Source: an uncultured Pseudomonadales bacterium
GTDB lineage: Bacteria; Patescibacteriota; Microgenomatia; UBA1400; PJMF01
Length of the DNA stretch: 64,000 bases
Reading direction: 5' to 3'
NCBI GenBank assembly: GCA_964620965.1
Contig: CAZUHV010000003.1
Coordinates: 98,093 to 162,092 of the forward strand
Numbering within the stretch: the first letter of the stretch is position 1; each line of letters opens with the position of its first letter. Positions 33,701-38,928 of this stretch are shown piece by piece. Under the pieces are notes generated by a model, which did no database searches, had not been told where the DNA came from, and was given only the letters and a program-made list of their open reading frames with translations. The translations under genes and the position numbers were made by a program.

Positions 33701-34674
33701 AGAGAAAATTGAGTAATACTTGTCACTTTTCTTTTGATACTACTTGGTTTGAGTCCGGTTTTTCTCTGTAAGACAACAAAATTCTCTATATTTTCTTGAG
33801 TAATAATCTTATCCAGATCAGGTTTGCCTGTGGACTCGAAGAATTGGTTGAGGTCAGATTTGTAGTTTTTAATTGTTGCTTGTGAATGTCCATCGATTTC
33901 AAGACTAATCAAGAAGTTCTCAAGTTCTGTTTGAGCATTTTTTTGGTGTGATGCAGAGTTTTGGGTAGAGACAGAACTTGTTTTGTGTAGATAATTTGGT
34001 TTTCCTGTGACTAGGGATTCTAAGTCTGAAATCCAGAATGAAGCATCTTGAACAATTTTTTCAGTTTCTGCCCAGAGGGCAAACTGAGATATACTCGAGA
34101 GTTTGCGTTTTATCGTAGACAACTTGAGTCCTGAATCGAGTTGATTATGAACAAAATTTCTTAAATTCTCTGGTTCAAAGAGGTTTGAAATTTGTTTTGT
34201 TTGAGAAAGACTAACAAACTGTTGAATATCACTGCGGTAGTTTTTGATGGTTGAGTCGGAGCGATTATCAGCTTTGATTGAAGATAAAAACTCATGAAGG
34301 TAAATATCAATTTCGAGTGGAGTGTATTCTGCAACAAACTTTTTTAAGAGGACTGCCTGCTTATGAGCGACATTTTCGGCAGTTAAGAACTTTTCTAGGT
34401 CATCAATCGACCAATGTTCTGCCCATTTTGGATCATCAATCTTGCGCTTATTGATAAATACAATAAATTTTTCTGTTGTCAACAAAGCCAAATCTTTGGA
34501 GACATGGTGACTTTCCAAAAATGTGGAAAAGACAGAGAGGAGGCTGGTGATATATCTGTTTTGGGCAGTCATCTTTTTTTGTTGCTTTAGTACCTTTTTT
34601 CTCAGACGTATTAGACGTCTTAGATAGCGCATATTTAAGTTTAGATAACTCGAGTTCACTTGGCAATACCTCAA
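18715..34674 (-). CDS. Giant (5319 aa) single-pass surface protein. The N-terminal ~480-aa cytoplasmic part has two phage-integrase SAM-like (core-binding) domains; then a TM; then a huge repetitive tail-fibre-like ectodomain with an internal Peptidase-S74-type intramolecular chaperone domain and a ~640-aa coiled/β tail
   Basis: An uninterrupted 15.96-kb ORF. The N-terminus has S.STIKNYRSDIQQFVSL...GLKLSTIKRKLSSISQFALWA and a second copy ATIKNYKSDLNQFFES...GLKPSSIKRKVTSITQFSLWA, matching the NTxxxYRxDL..F...G.sxxTxxRxLSxxxxFxxW pattern of XerD-type N-terminal domains. The TM is FLPYLNLVMMVVFAIGLGVLGY. The ectodomain has dozens of G(N)VGIG(T/S)xxP..KLDVxG and TSGYLLTSSGGGAMTWTDP modules. The S74-like segment SSIKNKTNVENIQENTSKKLYDLRPVKFEYKDSLGTIQYGLIAEEVAQTIPEMAFYDTDGSPAGVSYQFLAPLLLSEIQKHQIKLKNLE lies at about 20470-20740. 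Confidence 0.8.
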   Translation of the reverse strand: MRYCQVNSSYLNLNMRYLRRLIRLRKKVLKQQKKMTAQNRYITSLLSVFSTFLESHHVSKDLALLTTEKFIVFINKRKIDDPKWAEHWSIDDLEKFLTAENVAHKQAVLLKKFVAEYTPLEIDIYLHEFLSSIKADNRSDSTIKNYRSDIQQFVSLSQTKQISNLFEPENLRNFVHNQLDSGLKLSTIKRKLSSISQFALWAETEKIVQDASFWISDLESLVTGKPNYLHKTSSVSTQNSASHQKNAQTELENFLISLEIDGHSQATIKNYKSDLNQFFESTGKPDLDKIITQENIENFVVLQRKTGLKPSSIKRKVTSITQFSLWAQDRSLIERVSSWIHLLQGQLFETQEVIAQDHSRVGNQTTTVSSQRETVSTHSIIPNAKFTTSTPQKFELKLKPNTLVHAHQTNQNQVKHGWKLPVPDFAAEELEKKSGNTTKSEKELTNSEETRKIYAGIRSSLKDFANQINTKRNKQFLPYLNLVMMVVFAIGLGVLGYQQFIKQAPTPFAYPSTPVRPNRELSFQGRLTDAAQNPITTSTDMAFRLYDNSSGGTQLWSSGTCSVTPDQDGIFNVGLGDDCGSEITENVFTENSNVWLEVEIESETLDPRQSIKTVAYALNSETVQGYPVSATGAATTNTILTMDAGGQVLLGEVSPSLKATSGSFTIEAQALVLQTSSGSNGNITLAPDGTGKVIVQSDLDLEGYLHAPGATFSATYAGGTALIAKGGPSGTANIQEWQNSAGTVLSSVNTSGNVGIGTSNATALLELYSDANQYIKMNHQTHGQETRILFQQAGTTEASIGTGTGNSDDSLMYRSGSSQYFYVSTSELVMQLTAGGNGANGAFVGPAAPTTAASFGVVGFTGNSDIALVRFEHESSPTLDYLQIATNGSATGDIFAINSSGNVGIGSSSPGYKLDVVGNTQITGELNLTDAIRSSGDAGTSGYLLTSSGGGAMTWTDPASLVASTLWTNTLNVYHPTDEYASVVDLIIGGTSTASADIHLQSNGQAYFGGNVGIGSTAPSAKLEVSSTTSPQFKITQPTGSKETTFGVDSSGLLGIIPSNGIYLFADPGQASRSILAGSRTINNSSSVYGYNIDLHKTGSGGAAGILAFVYADASTTSTIDGSYVYTNISGAYSIGNEYGSRSIVTNNASSTVTGELIGIQSRLHGALGSVTGSTAFFQARNTITSGTIPNLYGLYVEALTQGTNNYAIYTAGTTQSYFGGNVGIGSSAPIGLLNVNGAATGKALTILNQTGNQAIFTASASGTTQFIIANDGNVGIGSSYTGAGRLNISAGPSGTAAIYMATNSTNSSITSGGYATRMDFGYNVGTGMSAGDISLIGGTVGTSRGVGISLNYVDASFKVVQNAASVTSPVAYFKGGATPTADYFQIRSSAASNGDIFAINSSGNVGIGSSSPGYKLDVVGNTQITGELNLTDAIRSSGDAGTSGYLLTSSGGGAMTWTDPASLVASTLWTNTLNVYHPTDEYASVVDLIIGGTSTASADIHLQSNGQAYFGGNVGIGSTAPSAKLEVSSTTSPQFKITQPTGSKETTFGVDSSGLLGIIPSNGIYLFADPGQASRSILAGSRTINNSSSVYGYNIDLHKTGSGGAAGILAFVYADASTTSTIDGSYVYTNISGAYSIGNEYGSRSIVTNNASSTVTGELIGIQSRLHGALGSVTGSTAFFQARNTITSGTIPNLYGLYVEALTQGTNNYAIYTAGTTQSYFGGNVGIGSSAPIGLLNVNGAATGKALTILNQTGNQAIFTASASGTTQFIIANDGNVGIGSSYTGAGRLNISAGPSGTAAIYMATNSTNSSITSGGYATRMDFGYNVGTGMSAGDISLIGGTVGTSRGVGISLNYVDASFKVVQNAASVTSPVAYFKGGATPTADYFQIRSSAASNGDIFAINSSGNVGIGSASPGYKLDVVGNTQITGELNLTDAIRIAGDAGTTGYFLTSSGGGANTWTDPDDITGAGWWENTLNVLHPKDEYASIVDLVLGGTSTASADIHLQSNGQAYFGGNVGIGTTNPTNKLELQSSTTPGLDLSSSSITHSVTTVLPADTFGRIGINNSSNGGLLITGIVNGGSTYNGALKLVGSQADNGNGAGRITFQAKTQDTGTSLGSNHVAFRFIDGDESTMFVMMGRGRSEFTATELQSGSVGAMSVNSSVTNIPGAAVGAFSRTNGSATPTGPVILGRSAQSPTANWSLLELISDYDGTPTTEFIVNGLGNVGIGSATPIGLLNIDGAATGKALAILNQTGNQDIFTASSSGTTRMRIANTGYVYAERFSDISNDSYYVDPAGSTTSMTLAGNAGIGTTTPGARLDVSGDLAANTATISATYAGGKGLVVKGGPSGTANIQEWQDSAGTALSVINASGNLGIGSISPTRKLDVNGAVNITSGLYANNDAGTSGYLLTSSGGGAMTWTDPSTLGSGFNLWANTLNVLHPKNEYASVVDLAIGGTSTASADIQLYSNGSAVFNEQGNDSDFRIESDTNANAFFLQGSDGNIGIGTSTPGSKFELSNDYSTNAVLQLSTDIYGGKVEARTGASSYGILYLSSEYGQTRMFRSGVDQQLFIYDASSNQDITLNSNGSSYFNGGNLGIGTTNPTSQLQVGSVGGNIGIGTLGNSGGNSFRINRFTFFNDVVSSGGQLSLYYDDTSDTYLFNTPGTSSNGFVMYPSALTTTTTAGLELYTGRTISNASGIKLSTTQNITNNSSNIGGLDLANTITFDPTNNLVGSIVNGVKVAQSFSPNAATKDISYNGLYFGSTINQTGGTTAITRGVYINPTLTSAADFRAVDIANNSSSSYGVYQSGSSTKNYFAGNVGIGSTSPTAPLNITTSAGNSSTGAASIGYVSSYTGGSTQNALGVSVYGIDSAASAYNAISGSATTPSGSSNTLSGLSGVQGSINYQGTAGTLTNGTAVTGAFTNSGAGTITYGTAYNANMYLSGSGNVAVGHGFRLQTISDTGGGSFQTLYGLYMTAITAASSNNYGIWGEAGDWILDEDGDGVAGGTSGGGNIILGEGQDLELYHDGTNSYIMNNTGNLLIGDAATDAVILSANGGNVGIGSSSPGYTLDLVGEFNLTDAIRVAGDAGTSGYLLTSSAGGAMTWTDPSTLGSGANLWANTLNVFHPKNEYASVVDLAIGGTSTASADIQLYSNGSAVFNEQGNDSDFRIESDTNANAFFFQGSDGNIGLGTATPVANLNIFQNSPTPNQILFQIGTDADSTRFTVDEDGDVSVDNDVTARTYYAGNGTVGGPTFSFASDTNTGLYRPAIDTIGIVTAGTEKVTIDANGNVGIGSTAPGYALDLVGEFNLTDAIRVAGNAGTSGYLLTSSGGGAMTWTDPASIATSATLWANTLNVLHPKNEYASVVDLAIGGTSTASADIQLYSNGSAVFNEQGNDSDFRIESDTNANAFFLDGLNANIGIGTNTTLSALQIHRTSSASQLFITTDTNVGSANDASLFFQSDNDGTPNPAGLGQYNDGSLRFTGGGSLVSPDMVITDAGNIGIGTTTPGQKLDVAGEIELANYLYFGNAGTEYLRWDSSNFILSDDLLPASDGASSLGSDSVRWDSLYVKGASIHIGNSGDEGILTYNTTDNYFGFDPDADATAEFVITSTGNVGIGTTAPTSFLLEVAGNIGPTADDTYSLGSASRRFTNIYSSGDIIASGISDADGDTKIQVEESADEDYIRFDTAGTERLVIDNIGKVGIGTATPTHGFEVNTAVTGKALVLLKELGDQDILTASNSAGVTRFRMANTGYLYAERFSDVSNSSYYVDPAGGTTSMVLASNAGIGTTTPGARLDVRNSSTEDILNLFDGSTEVFTVLDGGNVGIGSITPAAKLDIANSAGVELYFSGDTGVAEIKSDQDINFTMDADNDGSNHAFKFLHNASTELMRLTDTGNLGIGTTSPTSQLHVVKTNSSGSGDYIGFMNEITQSVSGAMTAYGYRTVTGTTHTSGTLSGLQGNSSQLKFWGNGGTTSYSEGLTSAADVYTGAIVDNLALVRVYTPGVSGGTINHLKGIQIANMNVGSSSNYSVYSEGGNMYHEGNIGIGTTTSDSKLHVVGVGRDSTPNGPGFRTGEDLSGNYAIELTSGGGIPHLDFQNDIGGTDYDARIGLYGDDYLVIDGANVGIGTTAPSRLLVVEKNQDALTSVAINNTASGTSAATTLLVAGGDNSLTLSSYSDANSSSFAGTNLISSYGGGLNIMTGGGIGNTINFGHSYISNSYYMSIVSGNIGIGTTAPGTILHIADPGDSRIRMENTDVDGHDWSWANDWNALNGFSLIEEGVSGNVMFVEAGGNIGLSTSTPQTRLHVNGALTVGDAPVAIVTAATGDIIAGDSTGGFQFDASANDMYAQQSTANSTGVHFNIRKSRGSAASPSVVTTGDDILLLRAYGRSASSTWSEAGRITFDTEGTISGAIVPGILRFYTQSTAGSLTERMVIDSDGNVGIGSTSPGQKLVVSGNIQIGAAGYIDDDATMGENSDDWIHLNGYIELKSNTSNYGIVLRDDSSTDYFGITQEGGYSILADSNTSVNYFLRGNGTNVDIAGNLGIGTTTASQVLDVVGGGIVIEDNTSSSTNAYKIERGGTDYSVLWMDTDQVYLNNPFNNVMNFRTNNTTRLTIGSTGIIYAPGVYNTTSSTRNVYVNSDGQLGYLSSSIKNKTNVENIQENTSKKLYDLRPVKFEYKDSLGTIQYGLIAEEVAQTIPEMAFYDTDGSPAGVSYQFLAPLLLSEIQKHQIKLKNLENNNIMFDSIGGIVITQSGSDYIVTESKNNNVLSTIIGARSAILGIIQAGLTNTKELIVENTATIKNLSAETITINGQSLVSYIQSVVGNQTASNNSTLVSPVGNDTVITATNSGKVKFSDGTKTTAEINKDGNLSLLGNLNSKDVITNSIAASGSSTLGSLLVQGDATVSGTLTAQNSKLGNLLANEVSISGTLVAQNATISGTAQVGTLLANEVTAASARISALEAGIAQLESVRATTADLVTATVSGTLYANSIYDFENKVATTLQQPGLLDILLGTNESTSSASFMEDLYATVNKTEFNASSSADLDLSFAELSMTSDDVVLTGSALFVEKYLKVNGGAYVSDSLAVGNDLFVGDSMLIADGLIRYTTADPANQILKIQPEGQGSIELLAGIVTIDDSGKVTVNGDLDVTGNAKIAGTLLTDMLKPTEFGNPLQVQVAGVDTQTNEVKKSRFEIINEVGTPVATFSAEGNAAFAGKVDIAGGIGLESQNLGSSDTNELSTNKTSGKATIKAGSDKVTIKSGIVTNDSLVYVTAVGSTDNKVLFVKSQAQDDPNTPENEGEFVVGFDSPASADVSFNWWIVN
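20470..20740 (-). other. Peptidase S74-like (tail-fibre/endosialidase intramolecular chaperone) domain, internal to the giant protein
   Basis: The Ser...Lys spacing (SSIKNK), the ...LRPVxFxYK...GLIAEEVxxxxPExx...G...VxYxxLxxLLxxxIQ pattern, and a coiled-coil end all match the autoproteolytic C-terminal chaperone domain family. Confidence 0.55.
28880..31990. repeat. Near-perfect tandem duplication (2 x 1509 bp) inside the giant gene, flanked by more diverged copies of the same module
   Basis: DNA at 28,9xx re-occurs at +1509 (30,4xx) with near-identical bases, and a third copy at 31,9xx begins to diverge. The antisense track ORFs 28894..29307 and 30403..30816 have identical 137-aa translations apart from 2 aa. 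At protein level the ~503-aa block ...DIFAINSSGNVGIGSSSPGYKLDVVGNTQITGELNLTDAIRSSGDAGTSGYLLTSSGGGAMTWTDPASLVASTLW... occurs twice verbatim. Confidence 0.85.
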
Positions 34675-35174
34675 GAATTCCAGACTTTTATGTCAATGGG
34701 AAAATGCATGAAAAAATGCACATTTTTGCAATTAATTTTTATGTTTTTCATGATTTTCATGTATATCAAATAGATTCAAATGTTTGTGTATTTTTTGTTT
34801 TTACAGGTTAGAACTTGGTAATTTATGCTAAAAACAAAGCGCTAAAAATAGTATGTGAATCAGTTTAAAAAAGTGATATTATGTGAAGGAAAAAATAAAC
34901 GAAAGAGTATTAAACATTGTTTCCAGGTTAAAAAACAGTTTTTAATACAAATTCGTGGAAAAGTGTGGCTGAAAAGAGTGCTTCGGTACAAAAATGTGGA
35001 AAAGTGTTTAAAATTAGTATTAATATAATATATTTATATTTTTGCAGTAAAGGCAACTATTTAAAATAAACTAAGCATATTGATATGTATATAACATTTT
35101 TGCTAGATCAATAACATAAAACAAAAGACGAAATTTTGATTTAAATTATAAAGCTATCAACGATTAAATGAGAT

Positions 35175-35921
35175 ATGAAGAAAAATACCCAAAAAATACT
35201 GCTTTCACTGTACTCAGAGATAGGGACGCTTAAATATAGAGTCCCTACGAGTAATTTAGAGTGTGTGGTGCCAGAGCTATCTGCTGGAGGCTTTAGATCT
35301 TTGCTTCATGTATTAAAGAAGCAGGGTGTGATTACTTCACAACGGGTACTCGGGGTTACAACAGTTAGTATTACTCAATATGGAATGACTCTTCTAGAAA
35401 GCGAATTTCCGGCTTTATCTTCCAAATGGGATGAATGGACAGGACAATGGAGCTGTCTAGTCTTTATGGAGTCTCCTTTCTTTGATAAACAGTTTAGATA
35501 CTTACGCAAACTCTTGTTGTCTGAAGGGGCTTTGGCAATCAGTAGAGGTGTGTATATTAGTCCTGGTGGTTTTTCTGATGTTGTTATTAAAGAGTGCAAA
35601 GCGAGCTATTTTTCTAGTGTACTCATCTTTTCGGTTGCAGATTGGAAAATAGCAGCTGACTCTTCATTTATCATAGAAAAATATGGGCTTTTAGACATAG
35701 CAGAAAACTACTCTGGAATTAGCAGTGATGTAACTAGATTGCTAAAAAATACACTAGATAAAAAAGGATTGACTGATAGACAAAAAGAAAATATACATTT
35801 GGTATATGACCGATTGATTGATATTTTACTTGAGGATCCGGGTTTTTGTACATTTTACTTTAGAGAAGTGGAATCTATTAAAACTTTGCTTTCTAGATTG
35901 AACTCTGTAATTGCTCTCTAG
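35175..35921 (+). CDS. Putative PaaX-like winged-helix transcriptional regulator
   Basis: ELSAGGFRSLLHVLKKQGVITSQRVLGVTTVSITQYG resembles the PaaX N-terminal wHTH (…GISERAVRTALSRMVKQGWL…Y.LT..G). It is divergent from the giant gene across a 500-bp repeat-containing intergenic region. Confidence 0.35.
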   Translation: MKKNTQKILLSLYSEIGTLKYRVPTSNLECVVPELSAGGFRSLLHVLKKQGVITSQRVLGVTTVSITQYGMTLLESEFPALSSKWDEWTGQWSCLVFMESPFFDKQFRYLRKLLLSEGALAISRGVYISPGGFSDVVIKECKASYFSSVLIFSVADWKIAADSSFIIEKYGLLDIAENYSGISSDVTRLLKNTLDKKGLTDRQKENIHLVYDRLIDILLEDPGFCTFYFREVESIKTLLSRLNSVIAL

Positions 35922-36795
35922 ACTAACCCAAACAAAGATAGAGTATTCAAGGCTATTTCAACACGAATGGTTTTTTGTAGAGCCTTTGAAAATTATTCAC
36001 ACACACTATTTTTGAGAAACTTTAGTAAAAGAGCAGAATATTCGGGTATCAATTTTTAATGAAAAAATAAGACCAAAAATATCTATATTTATATATTTAT
36101 AATATAATTATCTTCGTTGCGTTAATATAATAACAGGCTTTGCAATAATAAAGCTGTAATTATGCAATAATAAAATTCTGCTCTAAAAATAGACGTGCAA
36201 TTATAAAGATGTCTTATATTTATTGAATAAAATACGAATCTTTTATCTTTTTGAAGATATGGGATAAAAAGAGGCCCAAAATAGGCTTTAGTTTCTTTTT
36301 TTGTATTACAATAACTTTACTAAGATTTAGCGCTTTTTTTGTATAGCAACTCACTAGTTATGAGACGAAACTATTATTGAAGCTAAATATATCAAATAGT
36401 ACCTTATTAGAATGCTTTTAGAGGCATCATGAACCGTGTTAAATCAAAGAAATCCTATTTTTGGCGTTTCACAAGTGCTCTTGAGGTTAGTTTTAGGAGT
36501 AAAAGTCAATATTTCTTGACGCTATTTCACTTCAGACTTCATATGTTTTCTAGATAACTGTATTTTTGGGTCACACAGGTAGTACTTTTTCTTCCTCTGG
36601 AGTTATCAAACAAAAATTTTGATTGCTAAGTTTTAAAATTTAAATTCTTAGTTGGTTGATAGGACAAAAATGAACTTCTTTTCGGACTTTTGGGGGGAGC
36701 GAATTTTACCTTCTGTTTTTGTCTAATTGAGATGACTTAAGTAGATCAAAATCGTGCAATAATTATACGTTAATTTTCTTACTTTTCAGTATAGA

Positions 36796-38913
36796 TTAGG
36801 AGAGGTTGCCAAAGAGTTCTTTATAGATATCGCCAATGTTTCTCATGATAGCATTGAGTGTTTTTGGCTTTTCTGTAACATCAACTTCTTCAAAACTAAG
36901 CTGAGAGCCTTTTCGTTCCCAAATAAGGTTTGTTTTGGTAACTTGAACCTGGTATTTGTTGGGATCAAGGAAGGCTTGATGGTAGCCATCCTTGTTAGTA
37001 TTCACAATGGCAACAAGCTCACCCTTTGTTGGGTCACTGATACGTACAATTGCATTCTCAACAGGCTCTTTGTTCTCTGTGATCACAATCCCAGATAAGG
37101 TTGGCTTTTTAAGTGAGTATATGAGTCTTTTAATGAGCATTACAAAATAAATGCTCAACAGCAGGAAGTTAATCCAAGTTGGATAGAAAATTGTTATTAG
37201 TACAGAAATAATGAACAAAGGCCAGAATAAATCCAGTGATCTCAGTTTTCTCAGCATAGATCTTAGGGTCTTTTTTATCTGGTATGTTTCTTTTGTTTCG
37301 GTTCTTCTGTCCATAGGAATCAAGAATAACTGTTGGCGTTTTGTTGAGGTAACTTCGAACTCTTCGCCTTTATAGAAATCTTGGACACCTAAATAGTTTG
37401 GTCTTTCCTTACTTGTTGGAAAGTTATAATCCTGATGAGTTACGTTGATAACATATTTCCCCAAGGGGAGTTGCACTCCTTGATAGACTCCATGAACGTC
37501 AGTAACAACGGTTTCGATAATCTTTTCGGTAACTGTTTGGCTAGTTGAGGTAATAGTGAGTAAAGCAAACGAGACTGGTTCATTGGTTTGGGAATCAAAT
37601 ACCATCCCTTGAGGTTCTTTTGGTGGAATAAGCCCAAGAGCTTGCAGTATTTTAAAGATAAGGTCTAATGAAAGCTGTTGCCCAAGTTGTAAAAGAAGTG
37701 TTAAAAAGCTAATGGCTGGAACTGCTGCACTTGCTACCAGTACTCCAATAGGGGCAACAGCATCAGTAGTTTTTTGTATTGCTTGCCTGATTTCTTGAGG
37801 AAGAGCAGAAATAATTTCAACAATTGGAGAAGGAACAGTTTTTATTATGTCTTTTTTGATAATTTCAACGATTTCCTTTGGAGGAAGCACTGGTATTTTT
37901 ATTATTGGGCTTGGAGGCGGTGTTCCAGGTGGGGTTGGTGGTATTATTGGGGTTGGAAAAGGGGTAATTTCTGGGGTTACACCTGGAGATGGGGTTGGGG
38001 TAGTACTTGGAGTAGGTGTTGGGATAAGGGTTGGAGTCGGAGTAGGAGTTGGTGGAATAATAATATACTCTTGTATGATCAAAATTTTTAGGTCTGTGAT
38101 GACACTTACATTGCCTGCTTGATCTGTTATGACGAAATTAAGCGTAATTACTTCGTCTCTAGGCAGAATTCCAAGCTGAAAACTCCAATTTCCACCACTA
38201 TCTATAACAAAATTGATGATTTGGTTACTTTCTCCAGGAATTTGCACAGTTACTTGGACAGTTGCATTTGCTTCACCTGTCCCAATGAACTCTGGCTCAT
38301 TGTCTTCTAGTTCTATTGGGTCATCTGGAACAGAGTTTATATCGGAGGCAGAAATATTCGTAGGGAGAGGTCCAATACTAGTAATAACAAAGCTTGGCGC
38401 TTGAGTATCTATAGTGAAATCCCAGATTACAGAACTATTTGAGTTTCCAGCTGCATCATAGACTTTTACTTGCCAGGTGTGAGCCCCATTAGAAATTGTT
38501 GCTACAGGTGTAAGCGTATACTGTCCTGAGCCACTATTATATGTCAGGGTGTATGATCCCGTAGTAGTAGCAGTAGTTGGAATAGATCCATGTAGCAGAT
38601 TTCCATCTAAGTAAAGCTCATAATAACTGACCCCAACATTGTCAGTAGATTCTTGCCAAACAAAACTTGGGGTGGCGTCGTTAATGAGTGCTTCATCAAC
38701 TGGAGAGATTAAAATAGGTGCAGAAGGAGGAACAATATCTGGAACAGTTGCTGTAACAGTATTGTCTCTGTTTTTTGGATTGGTGCTTCCGCTTTCTCCA
38801 GGACCTATACCTCCTGCTTGTGCGTATACATTTACAGAAAAAAACTGATATATGGAAACAAAAACTAAAAATAGAGCAAACTTTAAAAAATTATGAGTAA
38901 AAAAATTTCTCAT
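36796..38913 (-). CDS. Large secreted/membrane surface protein: signal peptide, Ig-like β domains, PT-rich linker, TM segments, two transthyretin/carboxypeptidase-regulatory-like β-sandwich domains
   Basis: The signal peptide ends ...VNVYAQA. The linker is PTPTPTPTLIPTPTPSTTPTPSPGVTPEITPFPTPIIPPTPPGTPPPSP. Hydrophobic helices lie after the linker. GMVFDSQTNEPVSFALLTITS and GIVITENKEPVENAIVRISD are CarbopepD_reg-like openings. Confidence 0.5.
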   Translation of the reverse strand: MRNFFTHNFLKFALFLVFVSIYQFFSVNVYAQAGGIGPGESGSTNPKNRDNTVTATVPDIVPPSAPILISPVDEALINDATPSFVWQESTDNVGVSYYELYLDGNLLHGSIPTTATTTGSYTLTYNSGSGQYTLTPVATISNGAHTWQVKVYDAAGNSNSSVIWDFTIDTQAPSFVITSIGPLPTNISASDINSVPDDPIELEDNEPEFIGTGEANATVQVTVQIPGESNQIINFVIDSGGNWSFQLGILPRDEVITLNFVITDQAGNVSVITDLKILIIQEYIIIPPTPTPTPTLIPTPTPSTTPTPSPGVTPEITPFPTPIIPPTPPGTPPPSPIIKIPVLPPKEIVEIIKKDIIKTVPSPIVEIISALPQEIRQAIQKTTDAVAPIGVLVASAAVPAISFLTLLLQLGQQLSLDLIFKILQALGLIPPKEPQGMVFDSQTNEPVSFALLTITSTSQTVTEKIIETVVTDVHGVYQGVQLPLGKYVINVTHQDYNFPTSKERPNYLGVQDFYKGEEFEVTSTKRQQLFLIPMDRRTETKETYQIKKTLRSMLRKLRSLDLFWPLFIISVLITIFYPTWINFLLLSIYFVMLIKRLIYSLKKPTLSGIVITENKEPVENAIVRISDPTKGELVAIVNTNKDGYHQAFLDPNKYQVQVTKTNLIWERKGSQLSFEEVDVTEKPKTLNAIMRNIGDIYKELFGNLS

Positions 38914-38928
38914 GTCTACAGAGATCTA

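Noticed and set aside
18715-34674. Possibility that the repeat array is a CRISPR array or non-coding satellite
   Set aside because: Repeat units are 190-1509 bp, in frame, and give a conserved protein module with no spacer-repeat alternation. The whole region is one open reading frame.
37774-38404. ORFs 37774..38091, 37847..38122 and 38213..38404 (plus strand), one of them W/R-rich and one G/V-rich
   Set aside because: Antisense translations of the Pro/Thr-rich linker region of the 705-aa secreted protein, which are compositional artefacts.
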